Assembly: GCA_001275005.1 (NCBI GenBank)
Contig: JWZX01002021.1
Location: forward strand, 1 to 49,042
Direction of reading: 5' to 3'
DNA length: 49,042 bases
Origin: Chrysochromulina tobinii
Taxonomy: Eukaryota
Shown: piece by piece, positions 19,903 to 28,979 of the stretch
Layout: every line of letters begins with the position of its first letter
How positions within the stretch are numbered: the first letter of the stretch is position 1
Translations under genes and position numbers: made by a program
The notes under the pieces: model-generated
Database searches by the model: none
What the model was told of the DNA's origin: nothing
Seen by the model: only the letters and a program-made list of their open reading frames with translations

Positions 19903-21564
19903 TCAACTCTTGGGTCGTTTCACAGCTCGCCAGCGAGAACTTGCTCCCGGCTGCCAACCAGTGTACAGCCGATCCGGGTAAGCGGCGTTGGCAGCACGGG
20001 CGGCGGCCTTGGCAGCAGCCGGGAGTGCTGCCGTGGCAGCCCGGGCGACAGCTGGAGCGGGCACGACGAGTTGCCAGCCCTGCAGCATAGCAGACGTGGA
20101 AGCAGTGGGCACAGCAGCGGCGCTTTGGCCTATGTCGAGCGTCGTGTCGAGCGTGCGCTCAAACGCCTCGACGGACTTGAAGAGCTCGCGGAAGTTGCCC
20201 TTGCCGAAGCCGCCGCAGCCGCCGCGCTGGACCACGCGCCCGCCACCGCCGGGTGCCTCCTCGAGGCAGCCGACGCGCTGGATGATCTCTAGAAAGAGGG
20301 TGGGCCGGTCCCCCACCGGGCGTGTGAAGACCTGCAGCAGCACGCCTTGGTCGTCGCGGTCGACGAGAATGCCAAGCTCACGCGCGCGCTGCAAGTCGGC
20401 GGCGGGAAGAGCGTCGCCGATGCGCGCGGGGAGCTCTGCGTAGTAACCGTCCGACGGCGGGTCCATCAGCGTGAAGCCGCCGCGCGCGCTTGCCGCGCGG
20501 ATTGCGCTGACGGTCGCGAAGATGTCGTTTGTGGCAAGCGCCATATGCTGCACGCCCTCGCCGCCGTTTGCGATGAGGTACGTCTCGATCTGTGAGCGGC
20601 GGCGCGTGCCGTACGTAGGCTCGTTGATGGGGAGCAGCACCTTCTGATTGTTACTTGCCAGGACCATCGAGTTGAGCCCGGAGTCAATCGTGCCGACATC
20701 TTCCGTGGTGAACTCTGCGAACTCGTGGAAGCCGGTGATGCGCTTGAGGCGCTCGATAGTCGGGAGCATCTCCCACACATTGCCCACGATGTGGTCGAAA
20801 CGCGCGAGCCCAAACGTGGGCGGTTTGGGCGGCGACGTGCGCGTCGTCGAGGTCGGCACGTACCCTGGCAGGTACATCGTCGCCGTCCCGACAGCGCCGC
20901 ACTCGTCGTCCCCACGCAGGCTGAGCAGGCGAAGGACTACGTCGCCGTAGAGCCTCACCTCCGCGAGCAAGGCGGGTGCTGCCGCATCGCCAGCGGCCGC
21001 ATCGAGCGAGCTTGACGTGCCATCGTCATGTAACCGGCGCGGCGGCAGCACGCCCTCAGCGCCGCCGTCGAGGCACGCTGCGTAAGCGGCCGCCACGTCG
21101 GCAACGCGGATGCATACGGCGCGCACGGCCACGCCGCCGTGGCGCTGGAGGAAGGCGCGCGCGGTCGAAGCGTCAAACCCGACCGCGCTGGCCAGTCCTG
21201 GCAGTGATGCCGCCGCGGCTGCTGGCGCAGCATCGGGAAGCGGCGCCGTGAACGCAAAGCGGATGTCGCCCGAGCCGATGACGTGCGAGACAAAGTGGGG
21301 ATTGCCTGTGGCCGGACTGGAGGTGGCGAGCAAGTCCATGCCCAGACCGTGCGCGAATCGCCCGGCCGTGCTGCTCGCGTCCGCACAGTACAACTCGACG
21401 TGATGGAAGCAGAGCACCTCGAAGCGGTCGGAGAGAGGGTTGACGCGAATGCGAGGCGCGACAGCCGTGGTGGCTGAGCCGGCCGTAGCCGTAGCGCTGG
21501 AGACGGGAGCCACGCACCGTGGCTTCACGTGCAAACCCAGGGCCGTCAGCGCGATGATCAACAT
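19903..21564 (-). CDS. HPPD: 4-hydroxyphenylpyruvate dioxygenase with N-terminal presequence and C-terminal extension (553 aa)
   Basis: FHHVELYCADA, FDHIVGNV, SGLNSMVLAS, PINEP, SQIETYL, GVQHMAL, GILVDRDDQGVLLQVFT, FLEIIQR, GCGGFGKGNFRELFKS; the His/His/Glu iron ligands are present. Confidence 0.97.
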   Translation of the reverse strand: MLIIALTALGLHVKPRCVAPVSSATATAGSATTAVAPRIRVNPLSDRFEVLCFHHVELYCADASSTAGRFAHGLGMDLLATSSPATGNPHFVSHVIGSGDIRFAFTAPLPDAAPAAAAASLPGLASAVGFDASTARAFLQRHGGVAVRAVCIRVADVAAAYAACLDGGAEGVLPPRRLHDDGTSSSLDAAAGDAAAPALLAEVRLYGDVVLRLLSLRGDDECGAVGTATMYLPGYVPTSTTRTSPPKPPTFGLARFDHIVGNVWEMLPTIERLKRITGFHEFAEFTTEDVGTIDSGLNSMVLASNNQKVLLPINEPTYGTRRRSQIETYLIANGGEGVQHMALATNDIFATVSAIRAASARGGFTLMDPPSDGYYAELPARIGDALPAADLQRARELGILVDRDDQGVLLQVFTRPVGDRPTLFLEIIQRVGCLEEAPGGGGRVVQRGGCGGFGKGNFRELFKSVEAFERTLDTTLDIGQSAAAVPTASTSAMLQGWQLVVPAPAVARAATAALPAAAKAAARAANAAYPDRLYTGWQPGASSRWRAVKRPKS

Positions 21565-21670
21565 GAGATCGACACAATCGGAACTTTCGCGGACAGGATT
21601 CCGCAGATTGGTACGTTGTCTCCGCGAAGGAGTCTTTACGGAGCACCTCGGAGATCTCCGATTCGATTAA

Positions 21671-24600
21671 ATGGACTTCTCAAGCGAACTCCATCACGAT
21701 TTTTGCCCCACAACCTCATCTCTGGGACCTCCTCGTCGAGTTCGTCGGCAGCCATCGAGTTGCAGACTGCGCGGCGACGCACGCGCAATGGCGCACGCGG
21801 AGGCGCTCGACCGGCTCGCCCGGCTCGTCGCGAGGGCCGTTAAGTGCGATCATGCCGTGATCATATCATTAGGAGGGGTTGGTGGGCGTGCAAGCGTAGT
21901 GGATGAAAGGGCGCATGGGATGCTCGCCCATGGTGATGAGGAGCTTCTCTCCCATCCCGCGTCGCTCTTCCGTCGAGTGCGGGAGGCTCGGGAGCCTCTG
22001 GCTGTGCTTGATGCGCGGGGCGATGACGTGGCCCGTGAGTGGTCGCCTGTCACTGAAGGTGCCGTGCGCTGCTTCATTGGCATGGCGCTGGTGGCACCAG
22101 TGCAGGATGTCGGCGCCGACGCAGGTGTCGTAGGAGTCGTGGGCGCCTACTGCTGCCGCCCACGCTCGGCCCCCTTCGAGGCGCTCGAGCTCGAGGCCTT
22201 TCGGCTCACGTGCGAGCTGATCGCCGAGAAGCTCACGCACCAGCAGGGAGGTGTGTCCACACCGGCCACACCGGCCACTCCGGCCACGCTGGCCACGCTG
22301 GCCGCGCCGGTCGCCAACCATGCCATGGGGGTCGAGGAGGCTGCCGCGCCGCTCGAGTCGTTCACCGACATCGTTACGAATAACATGCTCGAGATGATCT
22401 CGGTCCATGACTTTTCTCCGGAGGGCGCGTACATCTACGTGTCACCAACGTGCCGCACGCTGCTCGGGTACGCTCCCGAAGACATGGTTGGCAAGCCCGC
22501 GCACTACTTCTTCCACCCAGATGACCTGACGGATCTCAAGAGCATTCACGACGATGTCCTGGGAGCGAAAGAACATGATCCGGCAGCGTACCGTATCGGC
22601 GACCAGCTGCGGCTGCGGAAGGCGGATGGGTCGTACCTGTGGACGGTCACATCGACCAAATCGACGCCGCGCGGCTTTGTGTGCGTCACGCGCGACGACA
22701 CGTACTTCCACAAGCTGCAATGCGCGCTGCGCGATAATCTTCGGAAGTACGAGATGCTCATGGCCCTCTCGCCCGACATGGTGACGCTGCATGCCGCGAG
22801 CGACACCCTGATGCCGATCACGTACGCATCCAAGGCCAGCGAGTCGATCCTCGGCTGGAGCCCGAACGAGCTCGTTGGCCGCTCGCACTACGACTTGTGC
22901 CACTGGGCCGACGTCGCCGCCGTGCAGGAGCGCCACGACAAGATCCTAGAGGAGCATCGTGCTGGCATCGGAGGCTCGACTGTGACATCGTTCCATACGT
23001 GCCGGATGCGGCGCAAGGACGGCTCGTACGCCTTCGTAGAGGTCAGCTCGATGTGGTCCTTTTTGCCGCCCGGAACCGTCGTGAAAATCACACGCGACGT
23101 GACGGAGCTGAAGGCCCTCGAAGCGGAGCGCGCTCTCGCCCTGGAACGCCACGAGCTGCTTGCACGGCACACAGCGGACATCATCTCGCTCCACGCGCCC
23201 TCAGAGCACTTCGAGTTCCTGTACATGTCGCCGTCGGTGCGCATCATGCTTGGCTATCGGGAGGCCGAACTGCTCGGCACGTCCCTGTACGAGCTCGTGC
23301 ACGAGGACGACCTCATCGCGTGGCATTTGGTCATGCGCGGCATCAACGGCAGCAAGATCGGCTCGAATCTCGCGACTCGAGGTGACATCTCCGCGCGCGA
23401 AGAGTCGCCGACGGTGGACGGCTTCTCAGCCGTCCAGCGCCAGCCTAGCGCCGGCGGCGCCCACGCGGCTGCCGGCAGCACGGGCGGGCCCGAGATGGAC
23501 GGCGAGCCAGCTGCGGCCGCGACAGCGCTCCGCATGGCGCGCGCAACGGCTCCGTTGCGGGAGGTCGCCATGCCCACGACGGCGCTCACGCCCGCGACGG
23601 CGCCGACCACGATGGATTACCGCTTGCGGCGCAAGGACGGCTCGTGGGTTTGGGTCGAGACCGTACTCAAGGCGGCGGGAAGCCGCGGCTACGTTTGCGT
23701 GACGCGCGAGATCACGCAGCGCAAGGAGGCCGATATGAACACGAAGCAAGTCATGCATGACCTCTGCACGTCGCATGAGGCGCGTCTGTCCACGTTACTC
23801 TCTGTCGCCTTCGAGTGCATCCTACTGGTGACCTCCGAGGCCACCACGCTGCATCTCTCCACCACAGCCCAGCAGATCATTGGCCTCGAGCGGCTCCTTC
23901 CGCCGCACAAAGCTGCAGCACCCATCGCCAACGCCATCCCCCCTGCTGACATTGACCATCTGCACAACGCCCTCGCCGCCGCCCGGGCCCTGTACACGAC
24001 ATCAGAGGTGCCGCTTACGTCGTGTACAGGGACACCAAGTGGCCCTATTCCCGCCCTCATGGACGACCCTGTCTCGTCCATGGGTGGGGAGGGCGCAGGC
24101 ACGAGTGTCATGTGCGCGCGCGTCTCTTGGCGTCTGCCTCGGCCGGCGGTGTCGGGGGGGTCGGATGAGGAGTCGAGCGCGACGTCGCCCGCGGCGACGT
24201 CACCCGCCGCGGCGCGCAAGGCATCGCCAGCGGGCCCATCGGACTATTTGCGCGCCACTTTGTCGCATCGCGAGACGCCCGTCGAGGGACGTTTCTCGTC
24301 CTCTGACGAAGCTGAGCATGCGGGCTCCTATTGGCTCTTCGAAGGGGTGGCCGAAGTGGTCATGGACGAGGCGGGGCAGTCGGTGCTCGGGCTGCTCCTC
24401 GTTGCCCACCGCCTCGAGCTGTGCACCGAGCCGCCCATAACGGCGCCTGTCGCCGGTGTGCTCTCGGCTCGGCTCGTGCCAACCTATCGCCAACCCCTGC
24501 CGCCGTCGCAACTGCTGCCCATGGACGTTGGCGCGGGGCTCTCAGCGGCGCCCTCGCCCCCCAACGCGCCCCCGTCGGCCGCGACCCCCACTAGGACAGC

Positions 24601-25093
24601 TCCGCGCCGCTCCACGACGACGATGCCCTCGACGCAGCGCCTTCGTTTGCTTGATGCCGCCACCGCAGCGCAGCGTCGGCCGCTGCACCCGGGCACGCCC
24701 TCGGGCATTCGCGAGGCCTCGGGCACCGGTCACCCGACCCGAGTGCCCAACGCAGCGCTTGGCGCCTTCGTTGCATCGGCCGCAGCCTTCTCCATGTCGC
24801 CCTCGGGCACTCGGCTTTCTTCGGCAGAGGAACAGGAGGTGGAGGAAGAGGAGGAGGAGGAGGAGGAGGTGCTTCGCGGTGGCGCTGCAGGCACAACAAC
24901 GCCCCTCGAGGGGGAGGAGAGGGAGGAGGGGGAGGAGGGGGAACAGGAGGAGCAGCCGCAGCAGCCGCAGCAGCCGCAGCAGCCGCAGCAGCCGCCGCAG
25001 CCGCCGCAGCCGCCGCAGCCGCCGCAGCCGCCGCAGCCGCCGCAGCCGCAGCCCACAGCCGCAGCCGCAGCCGCAGCCGCAGCCGCAGGATGA
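21671..25093 (+). CDS. GAF + three PAS/PAC domains (plus a possible degenerate fourth PAS); probably the 5' part of a longer gene
   Basis: GAF-like VRCFIGMALV...VVGVVGAYCCRPR. PAS motifs YIYVSPTCRTLLGYAPEDMVG...FFHPDD...RLRKADGSYLW; YASKASESILGWSPNELVG...RMRRKDGSY; YMSPSVRIMLGY...LVHEDD...YRLRRKDGSWVWVET. Start at ATG 21671 or 21788. Confidence 0.85.
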   Translation: MDFSSELHHDFCPTTSSLGPPRRVRRQPSSCRLRGDARAMAHAEALDRLARLVARAVKCDHAVIISLGGVGGRASVVDERAHGMLAHGDEELLSHPASLFRRVREAREPLAVLDARGDDVAREWSPVTEGAVRCFIGMALVAPVQDVGADAGVVGVVGAYCCRPRSAPFEALELEAFRLTCELIAEKLTHQQGGVSTPATPATPATLATLAAPVANHAMGVEEAAAPLESFTDIVTNNMLEMISVHDFSPEGAYIYVSPTCRTLLGYAPEDMVGKPAHYFFHPDDLTDLKSIHDDVLGAKEHDPAAYRIGDQLRLRKADGSYLWTVTSTKSTPRGFVCVTRDDTYFHKLQCALRDNLRKYEMLMALSPDMVTLHAASDTLMPITYASKASESILGWSPNELVGRSHYDLCHWADVAAVQERHDKILEEHRAGIGGSTVTSFHTCRMRRKDGSYAFVEVSSMWSFLPPGTVVKITRDVTELKALEAERALALERHELLARHTADIISLHAPSEHFEFLYMSPSVRIMLGYREAELLGTSLYELVHEDDLIAWHLVMRGINGSKIGSNLATRGDISAREESPTVDGFSAVQRQPSAGGAHAAAGSTGGPEMDGEPAAAATALRMARATAPLREVAMPTTALTPATAPTTMDYRLRRKDGSWVWVETVLKAAGSRGYVCVTREITQRKEADMNTKQVMHDLCTSHEARLSTLLSVAFECILLVTSEATTLHLSTTAQQIIGLERLLPPHKAAAPIANAIPPADIDHLHNALAAARALYTTSEVPLTSCTGTPSGPIPALMDDPVSSMGGEGAGTSVMCARVSWRLPRPAVSGGSDEESSATSPAATSPAAARKASPAGPSDYLRATLSHRETPVEGRFSSSDEAEHAGSYWLFEGVAEVVMDEAGQSVLGLLLVAHRLELCTEPPITAPVAGVLSARLVPTYRQPLPPSQLLPMDVGAGLSAAPSPPNAPPSAATPTRTAPRRSTTTMPSTQRLRLLDAATAAQRRPLHPGTPSGIREASGTGHPTRVPNAALGAFVASAAAFSMSPSGTRLSSAEEQEVEEEEEEEEEVLRGGAAGTTTPLEGEEREEGEEGEQEEQPQQPQQPQQPQQPPQPPQPPQPPQPPQPPQPQPTAAAAAAAAAAG

Positions 25094-26414
25094 GGAGGAG
25101 GCGCGTGCGGAGGCCGTCGTCGGCGTCGAAAGAACCTTCGCGGGCAGCAAAGCGCGATATTGGTTTGACTACGAGGAGGCAAACGAGACGGAGCCCCAGG
25201 TCGCCACTGACGTAGCTACGTCTTTCGCCTCCTTTTCGGATAGCCTCTCGGCGGCCCCGTCGCTCTCCTCGATGGCGTTCGCCCCGCTGGCCGGAAGCAG
25301 CTGCGACTTTGACTCCGTGGCCGACAACAGGACAGTGTCGTCGAATGCGCCCAACTCGGCGGCGAGCGCGCCGAGTTGGTCGAATGCGCCCAACTCGGCG
25401 GAGGACGGCTCGAGGCCAAACTCGGACTTGAGCATGATCTCGGCCACCACATACCCCTCGACGCGCTCGACGCCGCCGCCCGACGCAGGGTTGAGCGCGA
25501 TGCCCCAGTTGGGCATGGCGGAGGCCGAGGGGGCGAGACCGGGAGCGATAGGAGCGACGATGGCAGCGCTGCCAGCGCCCGCGTCACAGGACCAGTTCCT
25601 CGTCAAGGTGATTGGGCAGCGCAAGGCTCCTGTAGCAGAGGGACAACGCGCCGAGGCACAGCCATTTATGCGCCCCGTCGCGACCATGCGTGCCGCGCCA
25701 CCGCCGTTTGTGAGATCGTTGGCCTCGACAGAGGAGTTTTTCACGAGCGCCTCGGACTCAACCGTGCCGACCAGGCTCAGGTCGATCCCAACGCCGCCGG
25801 CCCTCCCAGAGCACTCGTCCATCTACTTTGACGGCAGCGCCACTAAGCTCAGCGGCGTCGGCCAGGAGCCGGGCACCTGTGCCCTCGGCGGCGCATACGG
25901 AGCAGGGGCGGCGCGCACACCCCCGCCCTTTGCGGTCGCACAGTCGCATGCCAGCAGTGCGCCGCATCGAACGATGAACGTTCACTCTCCGAGTCAATCT
26001 GCGACCGTGATGGCGGTCCTTGACTACTGTTCCTCCGGCGCGCGTGACATGAGCAGCACAGGGAGCAGTCGGCCTCATCGTGGCAACGCGCCCGGGCTCA
26101 TGCCACAGCTCACGTTGGGTGGCTCCGCCGGCGGTGCCGGCTTCTGCAGTGTGAATAGAGAGGACTCCTATGGTGGTGACGTGTCACCATCCGATGCCGA
26201 TGATGACGTGGCTCGGGGCTCGCTCGCGTCGATGCAGTCGTCCGGGGGGCATAGTGAGGTCAGTCGATCGGCGCGGCGGCGGCGGCAGCGCGCGCGCAAG
26301 GCAGAGGCGCGCGCACTGGAGGATCTCGAGGCTCAGATCGAGATGGATCGTCAACTGATGGGCCCCGGGTATAGTGGCGGGGGCGGCGGCAGCGGCGGCG
26401 GAGGAGGTGGCAGC

Positions 26415-26459
<45 letters not shown>

Positions 26460-27977
26460 ATATACGCGGGTCTCGAGTATGACCTCACCATAGCAGCGGC
26501 GGCGGCGCTGGGCTACGCAGAGAACAAGTGGCTCGCCCAGCCTGCACTCAACACCGGGCTGGGCTACTCTCCCAGTGGCGGCGCCGATTCGTCAGATCCT
26601 TACGTCGACCCATATGGGACGTCCGCTTGCAGCGGCTCACTGCCGTCGGCAGTTGGCAGTGTGGGTAATGAGGGTAATGAGGGCATCGCGGCCGAGTACC
26701 TTCTGCAATCGGTGCGCCACGGGCGCCTCGAGCTGCTGCGCAAGCTGCTGCGCCGTGGTGTGCCGCCTTTGGGCGCCGTCTCGGCGGACGGCCTATCATC
26801 CGTTGGGCTGGCGGTCGTGTGTGGCCAGCAAGGAGCGCTCTCGATGCTTCTCGACCACGGCGTCGACCCCGCCGTGGTCGACCGTGAAGGACGGACGCTC
26901 CTCCATCTGTCAGCAAAGCGCATCGCTGCACTCTCGAGCACGCCTCGCGACGTCGACCAGAGCAATTCGTTGCTCATCTGCACGCAGCTCGTGCTTGAGC
27001 GCTTGCGGTTGAAGTACGCGGCCCCGGCGCTCCGTGAAATCTTGGACACGGTCGATGCGGAGGGCCAGGCGGCGTTGCACGTGGCCGCGGCGGTCCCGGA
27101 CCAACTCATGTCACAACGGCTAGTCCGGCTGCTACTCTACTACTCCGCCACCCCCACCAAGCTCTCCGGCACTGGCCTAACGGCAGAAATGATAGCTCGC
27201 CACGCGTACAATGTAGAGAGCATGAACCTGCTTCGCAATGCAGCGGGCGCAAGCAGCCAGCTTTCTTCAGAGCAGCTGATGCCGACGCCCTCGGCGTTTG
27301 ACAGCACAAGAGTATGGGCGCAGCAGCACAACGCAGGCGCCGACGCCGCCGACGCCGCCGACGCCTCGCCCCAGACGCTTTCGACGCTCAAGCTCGAACA
27401 ACGCCACCAGATTCTTTCGACGCTCGAACAACGCCAGCAGCAGCAGCAGCTGCAGCATCTACAGCACTTGCAGCAGCAGCAGCAGAAGCAGCACGGACGC
27501 CAGCTGCAAGAGCATCAGCTGCAGCAGCTACAGCAACTACAGCAGCTACAGCAGCTACAGCAACTACAGCAGCTGCAGCAGCGCCAGCAGCTCCAGGAGC
27601 TCCAGCAGCGCCAGCAAGAGCAGTTGAATTGGCAGCAGCAGCAGCACCAGCCGCCGCCGCACCAGCCGCCGCCGCCGCCGCCGCAGCCGCTGCCGCTGCC
27701 GCTGCAGCCGCACCAGCATTCAGCGCCGCCCTCGCCGCCCTTGCCGCCGCAACAGCTGCAGTGGCAGCAAGAGCAGCTACAGTGGCAGCTGCAGCAGCAG
27801 CAGCACCACCACCACCACCACCAGCATTCGGCGCCGCCCTCGCCGCCGCCACAGTGGCCGGGGGCGCGCACCCAAAACCCGATCGTGCCCCCAAGGGTTC
27901 CGGGCGGACTGCCTGCGCTACCTCCACAACACAGCAATCAGCAGCAGCCACAGTACGCGCAGCCTCGGGGTCATTAG
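25055..27977 (+). CDS. Low-complexity region + ankyrin repeats + poly-Q/P tail; probably the 3' part of the GAF-PAS gene
   Basis: The 24456-frame ORF becomes protein-like only after ~25055. Ankyrin motifs at ~26690-27240: LLQSVRHGRLELLRKLLRRG, GLAVVCGQQGALSMLLDHG, EGRTLLHLSA, EGQAALHVAA. Basic stretch SARRRRQRARK. Confidence 0.75.
27435..27830 (+). repeat. CAG/CTG/CCG trinucleotide-rich tract encoding poly-Q, (QQL)n, poly-P and poly-H
   Basis: Seen directly in the sequence. Confidence 0.9.
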
Positions 27978-28273
27978 ACTGCAGGAGGCCGGACGCAGGG
28001 GGCTTCTGCGCGACTGGGTAGGTTTGGCGGCGACGATCCACGCACTTCCGAATCCTTTGCGGACAGGCGTGAATTGGATTGAAAGGGCGGGTGGGCATCG
28101 GGCGCAAGGGGGAAAGGAGGCGCACGGGCGCGTATTCCGTCGGAACGGACATGTAGATCTCGATTTCGTCGAGAAGATGACGTCCAGCTCGTGCTCGCCG
28201 TCTTGAGTGCGGACGCCATCAGGTTCAACCCCATCTCTGCAATTCTTGATGAGAGAGATGTGAGCAGTTCGAT

Positions 28274-28318
28274 GACATGAGCAGGCGTTACGTGAGCAGG
28301 CGTGACGTGAGCAGGCGT
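28274..28318. repeat. 15-nt unit x3 (GACGTGAGCAGGCGT-like) in the spacer between convergent genes
   Basis: gacatgagcaggcgt tacgtgagcaggcgt gacgtgagcaggcgt. Confidence 0.9.
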
Positions 28319-28658
28319 GGTTTGCTCCTCCGCATGCTCCTCCAACGTGTCAGCCAGCCGTACGAAGAGCAGACGTGCGGACGAAATCGGTAACAAACGT
28401 AGAACATGCGTCGGCTGTTCGGCATTTACATTCGTATACGATAAAGTGACCGAGTCAACGGTAACGCATTATCGGTCGAACAGTATCAGGTGTGGAACCG
28501 GAGTGTGATAAACTACTATGTAAGTAGAAATGATAACAGATCAAAAAGTTAACGGAAATAACGTAATGTAGAAAAAGTCGGGCGGGCGGGGCGGGGGCTC
28601 AACGGCTCGCATAAGGCGACGCGAGCATTTGGTGTCTCGTCCAGTCCTATCTTCTAAC

Positions 28659-28947
28659 TCATTCTCTAATAGCAACAGGCACGGTGCGCTCGAGCGCCAA
28701 GATGGGCAGCATGCCGCCTCCGTCGCGCAGCCGAAGGTCGGCATGTGGCACGCGCTGATGGAGTCCGACGCCGGGCACTTTGACGTCGTAGGTGCCGTCC
28801 GCATGCACTGCCATGACACGGCAGCCAGCATAGCCGCTGCCGACGAGCTCAACTGGCGTGCCCACAACTGTCTTGAGCCTGAACGGGCTGCTCATGCCTT
28901 TCCTCCTGCTGCTGCTCCTGCTGCTCCTGCTGCTCCTGCTCCTGTTG

Positions 28948-28979
<32 letters not shown>

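Noticed and set aside
22380..23720. LOV photoreceptor or histidine kinase call for the PAS protein
   Set aside because: No GxNCRFLQ motif, and no H-box or HATPase N/G/F boxes.
24456..25050. N-terminal ~200 aa of the 1173-aa ORF-track protein
   Set aside because: Arg/Ser-rich alternative-frame reading of sequence that is coding in the 21671 frame.
27974..28396. 140-aa minus-strand ORF with TPAHV x3
   Set aside because: Non-ATG start, no recognisable domain, overlaps the neighbouring gene's 3' end; only the repeat is reported.
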